A DNA stretch of 64,000 bases from Tubiluchus corallicola (lineage: Eukaryota; Animalia; Priapulida): the NCBI GenBank assembly GCA_030141605.1, contig JAQGDQ010000875.1, positions 1 to 64,000 on the forward strand, read 5' to 3'. The notes below the pieces were generated by a model, which was given only the letters and a program-made list of their open reading frames with translations, searched no databases and was not told where the DNA came from. Positions 54,099 to 64,000 of the stretch are shown one piece after another. How positions within the stretch are numbered: the stretch's first letter is position 1; every line of letters begins with the position of its first letter. A program made the position numbers and the translations under genes.

Positions 54099-57078
54099 AT
54101 GTTGTGCCAAAATGCTACATATAACAGTAACAGTCGCGTGATGTCGAGTGTCAGCCAATCAGGGACTATGTATCTACCGCGGGAAGTTACGGAGGTACCG
54201 AGTGACCTGATAAATACGTATCCTCACTCGAAGCGAGTGGGTTGCTACTTACTAGGGAAAACTCTTGGCCAAGGGTCATTCGCGAAGGTCAAGGAGGGTG
54301 TCCACACGCTAACTGGAGAAAAGGTAATTTTCGTAGACTAAAAATAGAACTAGGCTACCCAAGCAGTGTGAGAAATCTCTTACTAATAATATTGTCATGG
54401 AATGAACGAGAAGTGTATTAAAGTAAGGGGTGCTGACCAGGCCATTGTCATGGAAGTTACTAGTGTCTGCTGGTTTATCTGCTGTGTTTACCTTTTAGAT
54501 TTTTTATGGGAGTCTGCTACCAAATCTCCTAGAAAATAGTTGTTCGCTGGGTAATTACTTTTTAACTACTTTGCTCAACTGATAAAATACGTGTGCGTTT
54601 AATGACTAGTCCGGCGTACGAAGCATTGGGTTACTCGCGTACCGAGATTCGCGTCGGCTTCGAGTACTACCATGACGAAGCATGGTTGTGCCCAAAAGTT
54701 CAGTTTCCTAGCTGCTCTGCAAGCCGAGTTGCAGCTGTTTTTCAAAACAAGCTGCTCTAAAAGCTACGATCGTACACGCGCGCACGCACGCACGCATGTA
54801 TGTTTTGCTCGAACGTATGTGTACAAGCTTTTAGTACCGAATACAATTATTTTGGCTGGTGCCCTTTCGTCGGTTCCTTTAAGCTACGCAACGTTTTTGC
54901 AATAGTGCTCTATTTATTTCGTCACGATAAAAAAAAAACACCACCCGCACTATACCATAAAACAACAGAAACAACAAAAATATTTTTCACAATTTTGAAA
55001 CTCGTGAGATGACAAGCGTAACTCAATCATGCGCGAACGTTCTACATAATCTTTGCTTACTGCTGTCGAAATTCTGATAATAGGCGAACTATAACAGATG
55101 TACGGTTGTCATAGTATCCAAATTCTCGCGAAAATTTGGAATGCGCATTGCTTGCCTCACAATCAGTAAATGGCAAAGTTTTTTATTATATAGCTAGAAA
55201 AAAAATGAAAAGGAGGTCGTCTTCACGGCGAAAAAGATCTGTGTATAAGAGTTACATCGCAAGCAAGTAACCCAAAAAGTTTAGGGTTCAAGTCTTACTG
55301 GACCATAATTACTAATTTAATGAAAAATCCCACAATTGAAAAACAAGGAAAAACACGATATTTCAAACCAATTGATTTTCAAGTGAAGGAAAAAAGGAAA
55401 AAGAACTACATGAAATTTCCACTTTTTTCTTCCACAAGAAGATAATCTATTGCAATACTTTGAAACGTCGTGTTCTTCTATTTTGTTTTCAATTTTTCAT
55501 TATTATTGTCACTATTCTTGTTAATAAGAATTAAATTTGCAATATATGATACTAATTTGTTACGTTATTTTTTAAAATACCCTGCTACTTTTTTATCTAG
55601 CATATTTTGGTAGAAACAAGTACAGAATTGTATTTACTATCATTACAGTACTAGCAAAGGCCCCGCAAAAAATTTGCGTATAAATACACTTATAATCAAA
55701 AATACGCTAACATCCTACATAGTCCTCTTTTATAACACAAAGCCAGCAACAGCAGCTTTTACTGAATTAAAGTTACAAGATTATAGACAGAGCATAATGG
55801 ATGACGTCACAATAATGGCTTTGCGTCAGCAGTTTTCTAAGCGAAAATTGCCGAAAATGGAACATCTAATTAACTCGTCGGTACTCCTCTTGGTGGACGT
55901 GTACTAAAGCATGACCCACATCATCTTGTAGCCCTGTTCTTCCACTTTCTAAAGAGCTACATATCTCCTTCCGAGATTCCCATCAGGCCCCGCTAGAACG
56001 TTTTTTCCGCATGCTGTTTGGTTAAAATTTCGAAAAAATCGCGAGTTGGGTCCGGGAAAATGCCCGTTGTGGGACACCGTAGCCCTCTCGCGAATTCTAA
56101 ATATGCTTACTACACCCACCGCTGAACGGGCTATCTATCCATGGCTAGCACCACCCCCGGCCCGATTAGAAATATGAAATGTTAGACGAGTTAACGCGCA
56201 ACGTGTGAACGCCAGTACGCGTGAGATCACCGTGTACCAGTGCCACTGAGGCAAAAGTTAATACCTTACTTCCCTTTCAGTTCACGGAAATGCAAACAGG
56301 GCAGACAGCTTAGATTAAACAGAGTTTAATAACAGCGCTTCATTCACTATTCATAACACACTTGTTTACTTAATGTTTACTTTCGAATTTTCACTCGTTG
56401 AGAAAAATGACAGTGTCAACAACCCGTGTGTTTACGTACGCGTCCGTCTGTGGTCAGAACAGCGAGTTTTTACGCCTGGAGACAAGAAGCTTCATTGTTC
56501 TCATTGTACAAATGCGGAATAACAGTTTATTACACAGCCACTTGTATAAATTTGCTTACTTATTTGACTGTTTTGTTTTAACGGTAGTAAATGAGCAAGA
56601 GTAACAGCTCAACGCTTCTGGGTGAGTTTAAGGCACGTTCACATACATTTGACAACAGCAATGCGGTTATCCGATTCATCCAGTAATAATTTCACGCTTT
56701 GTGCCATACACGAAGAAAACGACATGTATATAAGTCAATTCGATGCGCTTAGAGGTTTATCAGAAAAGCCGAAATGAAGAGGTCACCGATATGTATTCCC
56801 TTGGTAGTTTGACAAATTAAACTTAACATGCATTTGACCTATTGCTACCAAAGCCTTAAAATAGCGATTACCTGTAAATGACCTGTTTCAATCGGCCGGC
56901 AGACTTGGCATTTTACACTTTGACACATCTCACACTAGTCGTATTGTAGCTTTTCTCAAGACAAATACTACTTCTACTGGTCCTTATCTTCAAATATGAA
57001 CTTTGAAGAGACACAAGGAGATAGAAGAGAAAGATACGAAAGAGAGGGAGAGAGAGAAAGAGAGGGGGAGAGAAAGAC

Positions 57079-57136
<58 letters not shown>

Positions 57137-60100
57137 GGAGGAGAAAAGGGAGTTAGGAAGAAGGAAAAGCGAGGAGTAGAAAGGAAGAAGAACAAACGAA
57201 AGAAACGAATAAGTGACGAAATGAACAACAAATAAGTTTAGAAAGTTTTCGTAAACAAACGTGTCAACAACTGGCCAACTCGCAAGGAAGAAGCGAATTA
57301 TGATCGAATGAACGGAAAAGCAAAACATTGAACAAACATCAGTGGAGTAGAGTGGTAGTAAGTGTTCAGTTTGAAAGCTACCTAACCACATGTTAATCTG
57401 CAATTAATCTCCAATCAGTAATTGACAGGTACACTTCAACCTGCCCCACTGACGACAGTATCACAATTGTTTTTCTTGTTAACTCTATAGCCCAATTATG
57501 TTCAATATAACCGATTATCTAAAACAGTTTACTGATGATTGATGGTTGACGTAACATACATACATCATCGCATTAATAAGAACAGTAAACTTGTTATTCT
57601 GATCGTTAGTTCTGAAAATGGTTTCACTGTTAATTTTCAGGACTTTCAGATGCAATAATAACTAAGAAATTGAGATTATGGCATTAATGCTGTAGTTTAG
57701 AGAGTCTATTGCGACATCCAAACATTTTACTGCAATGAATTTTCAATTTCATTCGTTTTCTGGAAAGACCTGATACAGTAAATATCCTTTTTTAGCAGTC
57801 CTTGGCGTGAGGAGGATGAACGAGTTTGAGAAATGGCCAAAACAAAACATAACGCTTGTATAAGACCTTGCGTGTATTTTGTAATGATTGTAAACTCAAT
57901 AAAAACATGCATTATCATGAGGCGTTTAAATCCGAATTCAAACTACAATAGTAATAGATAACATAAGTGTTATCGTTAGTTAGCAAAACGATTCGAGAAC
58001 ACAAAACAGGCTTCTTTGGCATCGATCTTTCAAATCACTTTTTCTTGTGCCAGTAAAAAATAGACACTTCAAAAATTAAAAGCACAATTCAGTGTGCTGC
58101 TTCATAATGGTCCGTTACACGATGTCAAACTCAAACTGTCAAACAAAAACTGTCAGTCTAAAACCTGACGCGTGTTTAGACGACATCAAATTTGATTCCG
58201 TCAGACGCAAATATGCAGACGTGCTTTGTGGTCTATTAGCTTAACTTGTACGATTAAATAAGAGAAATTGGAAAGGAGAAAGTTTGGCAGTTACAGCCTG
58301 ATTTTCAAGGATTGAAACTTTGAAGTGTCGACCATTAAACTAAATTTAAAACAGTCGTTCTCACAGTCCCGCACATTTCTTTATAATCTCTCGTTTCCCC
58401 AATTTCTTCAAGACTTTGAATTGTCATTTATTTTTCCATCGTTATATTTTATAATGTATATAGTAACTAGCGAAACAATTAAGAAACTATTTTTTCTAAT
58501 CGCAATCAAACGAAAACAGAAAACCTTATTTAAAACAATCGCTAACCGTACTTGTCTTACCATAAAAAAGAACAAAAAGAAACGGTCTCTTGTTTGAGAA
58601 TCACTGAGATAACCAAAGCAGGAACGGTCACAATGACTCGTTTCAATTAGTTCTAGTATGCAAACATGAAATTCATTAAGACTTATTCGTTTTCATGAAG
58701 CAAAGCAATAGGCCTAATTATAATTAATATGATAATTATAAACAATATACTTTATATGTGTATGGCTCTCACGTGGTATTAGGTAACGTCAGCATGTTAA
58801 ACGTTATCAGATTATTAAGTACGAATTGTTAGCATGGATCGTAATAGGTGTATATCAAGATTACACTTGAGGGTTTTTCAGGTTGCAGTGAAGATTGTCA
58901 GTAAGAAGAAAGCCAAAGAAGACGCGTATGTGATTCGAAACCTGCGACGGGAAGGCAAACTGCTTCAGTTGGCAAGACATGCCAACATCATTGAAATATA
59001 TGAAGTAATGGAAACAGAAAATAGCTATTACCTTGTCACTGAGCTTTGTGCAGGTGGGTACCTCTTAATTATTAGTACCAGCATAAGCTATAAGGTAAAA
59101 AGATAGATATTAAATTGTGTAAGGTTTCTCAAATTAACTTTATTGCTGATCTTCAGTGTTTTTTGCCTATAACAAGTGTTTGCATAGAGATTATCCAACA
59201 AAATTATTATTAGGGAATACTCCTAATTATGATTAGGGAAAGACGAGAGAGGAGGTCAAGTGGCAAATGTAATCTATTTATTCTTCCTAAAGCTCACTAG
59301 TGATTTGTGATGTTCTATTGTTTCTTCTTGATTTTCGTGTTCATGTATTGGTGGTGCACATCACCACTTGGGAATGCAGTCTGTGAGTCAGCTGATCATT
59401 TGATTGTTTGTTTGTCTGTTCATTCTTTAATCTTTATTTTATAAATCTTTCCATTCGTTCATTCATTGGATTGCCACTGATTTATTTTTTCATAGTTTAA
59501 TACCTCGTTCAGTCATTCATGGCGCTATTTATTTTGTAGGCGGTAACATGATGGATTACATTTGCAAAAAGAAACGTCTGGAAGAAAAAGAAGTGCGTCG
59601 ATTCATGCGCCAAATGATCTCCGCTGTGGATCATCTTCACAGACATGGGATACTTCACAGGTATGGTGCAGTATACGTCACAGGTATGGTGCAGTATATT
59701 ACTGCTAGGGATACTTCACAGGTATGGTGCAGTATATTACTGCTATTTCCAAGATTACGGTTTATAGACTCCAGCACAAGAAGTTTACCAGAAACTTGGT
59801 ATTCACGAAGTAAGAAAGAAACACCGGTTGAAATTTTCTCTAAAGAATTATTTGTTGCTAAACTTGTTGCCAGAATTAGTGTTTTAAAAAAATGCAAACA
59901 GCAAATTATACAGCCAAAGACACCAAGTCCTGCTGATCATCCTGTCAATCTGTAGGCCTAAAACTCCCGAAAGTTTTCTATTGAAATTCTACGACATTGT
60001 TATGGCTTTCTTACGTGTGTATGTAGTCCAAGTTATTGAAGTTACACGATATACAGGTGTACGAAAAACATTAGTACTCAAGTAGGACCCATATTCAATC

Positions 60101-63100
60101 ATCTGTTAAGCCAATTAGTACATCATCATTTATCAATTTCGTTGATCATAATGATGAATCTTAAAGGAAAACCGGATGATTGTGTAAATATGAGTTCAGA
60201 ATACAGAATGCTCTAAAATATTGAAAACTACAATAGATTTTTTTCATTCAAAGCTTGGGTTAAATAATAATTACATCGGATACTCAAATTTTGTTGAACT
60301 TTCACAGCTATGCGCGGCTCAGTGAATCTACTAAGGTTGGCAACGGCGCCTTTTTGTCACATTTAACTTTCTAAGCTAATTATTCAAATACAAGGAACAA
60401 TTGTTAACTTTTACAGGCAAGAAAATGTATATTTTGGGCAGTAAATTAAAATGAAATTGAGTCTAGACTCTAGACAATCGTCTGGTCTTCCTTTAAACTC
60501 TTCTAAACTCTCTCACTTACTTGACACGAACTAATGTGAGTGGTTACGGCAATTGTTTGCAGGGTTGCCATATCAGAATGATAGCTCTTTACTTGTAGAT
60601 GTTTTGTATTTCAAGAGTTTAGGTCAGCAAAGATTATCAATAAGTATTCAGCGTTTTCAGACGGGGCGGGCATCAACACTTAACACTAATTTACTCTAAT
60701 TATTGGGTTTGCTGAAACGAAGGAAGAGACAGCCTTGATACAAAAGACATGCATAATTACACTTTTATGAAAATTCCTCGCGTTTTTCATGCGAAAGACT
60801 ATTCTAAAAAAGACAATTTAGCCCCCTGGTAATAGAGGTTATCTTCACGCACAAAAGCAGTTAAATAATACCCGTGCATACTACAACTTTAATGCCTCCA
60901 GCTGTTTAGCAAGCGTCTACACATCAGACACAACCAAATACGTAGTACAATAAATAAAACCAAATCTGTGTTTTCTGCAAGGCTATGGGTCAGCAGAACT
61001 AAAACGTGCCAGAATGTAGGGAAGTGAACTCAAAACTTGGCAGTGACACAGTTTTGCTTACAAACCAACAAAACGCAAATGGCGACACAAACAGTTGAAA
61101 AAAATAGGTCGTTTTAGATCAGTTCCCGTGTACGAAATATTAATGCGTTACTCGAGTAAAATATACATAGGTAAAAATATACACATGCCTGGAGAGCAAA
61201 TGTAAATATACAGACCTTGAAAACTTCAGTTTCTTTTCACGTACAGATTATGCAACCAATAAACTGTAAAATTTGACACATCATACAGCCTAGCGTACCT
61301 ACAACGTGTGTAACTAAAAATAGACACATTATCCTGCTGACGTATTACGAATATAGAACCATTGTTACAGACAAGCTTTTCCGTTGAAAATTAACCAGAC
61401 CATACCGCTAAATTTACTGATTTCCAAAACTTGTTTATCCTAAAAACCAATAACTGCAACAACAACATTATTTTTAGGGTGAAAAGAAATTACGAAACCA
61501 AATGATAAATTCCCAAACCGCAAAAGATAAACGAAAATTCATTGGAAATAAGTGTTGTAACGTGCAATCAACCTGTTTCGCGAAATTCTTTTATACTGTA
61601 TTACCAGTTTCTTGTCCTAAACCTATCATTAACTCGAGTAACTAGCGGGAATCTTCAATTTTCGCAAGAACTCGGAAATAAAATGTGAGATTATAATTCC
61701 TTTCGCATAGCATTAGTGTCGTGTTTAGAATACTTCGTAAAAAAATACTGAAATATCGTAACATTACAGCAGCAGGACGGAAACAAGACAGTTAAGTGTA
61801 AGACCTATTATAATAATTTACGGTGATGATTAACGGCTTACAATAAGCACGAATACTGATTAGCTATATCTTAACTGAAGCAGCGATGTTTTCTTTGTTA
61901 AAAATGATAAATTTAACCAGTTTGAATCAGGCGACAAAGCTGTAATAAATCGTGACTGAAGTTAAATATAAAACCTCACGCTTGGGGGCTTGTTTAGCTG
62001 CATTTAGTGTGTTAATAAGACAGCGTTGATATGACAATTGAATACAAAATCATATGAATCATATTTATGTCAGTGTTTACATAATAGGATTACCTTGTAC
62101 CGATAACATAATTGCAAATGAACAAACATAACAATAAAATGTATATTTGCTGCTGGCCTTAGAGGATCTTAATTATGATACTTAAACCACAGTCACATTA
62201 GTTTGCTGATAGCGTATTGTTTAATTCATATGGTAATGAAAATCCTAGCGAACGTAGGGCTGAATGAACGAATGGATGGACGAACGAATAAATAAACGCA
62301 TGAATACGTGAATAAATAATGAAGGAAAAGAGGAAGGAAGAATGAAACGATTGACTGAAAGAATAAATGAACTGACGAATGCAACAGACTGACTACAAAT
62401 AAATAAATTAGTAAATAAATAAACAAAAAATAAATGAATGAATGAATGAATGAATGAATGAATGAATGAATGAATGAATGAATGAATGAATGAATAAACG
62501 AACGAACGAATGTATAAATAAACAAATGAGCGAAAGAACGAACGAAAGAATGAATAAATGAATGAATGAATGAATGAATGAATGAATGAATGAATGAATG
62601 AATGAATGAATGAATGAATGAATGAATGAATGAATGAATGAACAATTGAACAAACGGACTGTTTAGTGAGAGAAAAGATATTCTTGGCAATCAGAATATT
62701 CCTAACTTTCTTGAACTCTTTAAAAACGGTTTTTCTGTAAATTGGTGTAAACCTGGGCAAAATTGTATAAGTTTTTACTGTTATTTGTCATTCACCTTTT
62801 TTTGTTAACCTTAATCATGAAAAAATGTTTACTAAAACTTCGATTTTGACGACGCCAATCGAATGCTAACACAATATATAAGTAATTATTGCATTCTGTA
62901 TTGTGATGGTATTCTGTATTGTGCCGTGACAAAACGTTCGTCACAACAGGAAGGTCGCTTAATTTCCGTAAGTATGCAATAGTTAATCAAACATAATTGA
63001 TCATACCAATAACTTTTCGATCAAACTATGAAAACTGAATAACAAAATACTGCATTGGTCTTGGTTCGTTAGCTAGACATGTAAGGGACCTTGGTATGTG

Positions 63101-63950
63101 GCGATTGTGCGCTACCGTACATCCATCGCGCAAACAACCTTTACTTAGTGTAATTAGCTGAGGATATTCACGGGTTTTATTTTAAAAGTAAACTCTCGAA
63201 CATGCAAGATCAGGGAAAAGACAAAAAACTAAAGCCATTGTTATTTGTTTAGACAGGCGAGAAGTTGGTCAATGGGTCATTGATGTAACACGCACCCTTA
63301 CAGCTCAGCAATGAGTTAGGCCTAATCTAAAGAAAAAACATAACTTTTGATTTTGAATTAATACCACTGTGATTAACACTTTCGATTCAAGTTTGAACGG
63401 GAGTAAAAAATGTAGGTATTTGCCATTTCATTAGCTACATTGATTCGACATATTCGCTAAGAGAAAGAAAGACAAGCAACCAAAATGTACTTGAAAACAT
63501 TGTCGTTAACTGGTTATTTATAGTTATTAAAAATATTCTTACATATGTTTCGACAATTGAGATATTATTTACGAGAAAAATTCGTCCTTGAAACCCAGGA
63601 ACTTGACACATTTTAACGAAACTTGGCCCTATTTAAGATTTGAAAACAATGTTTGAACGAAAAAACACGGGCTTAAAGAAAGAAAAATATTAGTGAAAAA
63701 AGGCCAAGACATGCACGGAATTCTTACAAATCACAGACTATTTACAGGGCAAAAAGAATCACTAATTGCGCAGTGCTCACGCATAGTTCAGTAATTTATT
63801 TTAAATCAATTCTCCTGGCTGTGTTGTGCATACATAAACTTTGACGCAAGTTATGCAAATACGTTAATTGTCAATGTCTTTATTTTCTTTTCAGAGATTT
63901 AAAAGTTGAGAATTTACTGCTAGACGAAAATCGTGACATTAAAATTATAG
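54099..63950 (+). CDS. HUNK: HUNK-like (CAMK/SNF1-related) Ser/Thr kinase, 5' part; continues beyond the window
   Basis: Exons 54099 (or Met at 54141/54168)-54323, 58882-59053, 59540-59660, 63895-63950. Sequence reads HSKRVGCYLLGKTLGQGSFAKVKEG, VAVKIVSKKKAKEDAYVIRNLRREG, METENSYYLVTELCAGGNMMDYI, HRDLKVENLLLDENRDIKII. The 'HSKRVG.YL' and 'AK.D.YV..NLRREG' motifs are typical of HUNK. Confidence 0.88.
57040..57133. repeat. (GA)n microsatellite in a purine-rich tract
   Basis: Direct inspection. Confidence 0.9.
59648..59745 (+). repeat. Short tandem triplication of the HUNK exon-3 end and 5' splice site
   Basis: TCACAG/gtatggtgcagtata occurs with donors at 59661, 59684 and 59722. Confidence 0.88.
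60163..60495 (-). mobile_element. Kolobok-like MITE family A, copy 4 (internally deleted)
   Basis: TTAAAGGAAAACCGGATGATTGTGTAAA ... CGTCTGGTCTTCCTTTAA; matches the copy at 29561. Confidence 0.8.
62430..62645. repeat. (GAAT)n microsatellite
   Basis: Direct inspection. Confidence 0.93.
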
Positions 63951-64000
63951 GTAAGCATAATCTATATTTCAAATCTAAAAACTGTGATTTAGTTGGTTTC

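Overview
AT-rich animal (probably invertebrate) genomic DNA carrying three spliced genes that I reconstructed by hand. (1) NOMO (nodal modulator) on the - strand: 25 coding exons, 25508 to 940, about 1117 codons; the last exon probably lies left of the window. (2) GOPC/PIST on the + strand: about 10 exons, 26791 to 39754, head-to-head with NOMO. (3) The first four coding exons of a HUNK-like CAMK kinase, + strand, 54099 to 63950. Introns and intergenic DNA contain hAT, Tc1/pogo-type and Kolobok-like MITEs, LINE 3' fragments, a MetaSINE-like element, three copies of a 5S-rRNA-headed SINE with RTE-derived body and tail, and many mini/microsatellites. The most unusual signal is that tandem repeats have been built from exon ends in all three genes: about 37 copies of a NOMO 5' splice site, 3 copies of a HUNK 5' splice site, and 4 copies of the GOPC stop-codon region. 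A 60-bp intronic array also carries an AG/6-nt/GTATGT motif in most units. Other notable items are an antisense genomic copy of GOPC exon 1 inside GOPC intron 4 and a 280-bp near-perfect intronic foldback. All homology calls come from recognising motifs, not from database searches.
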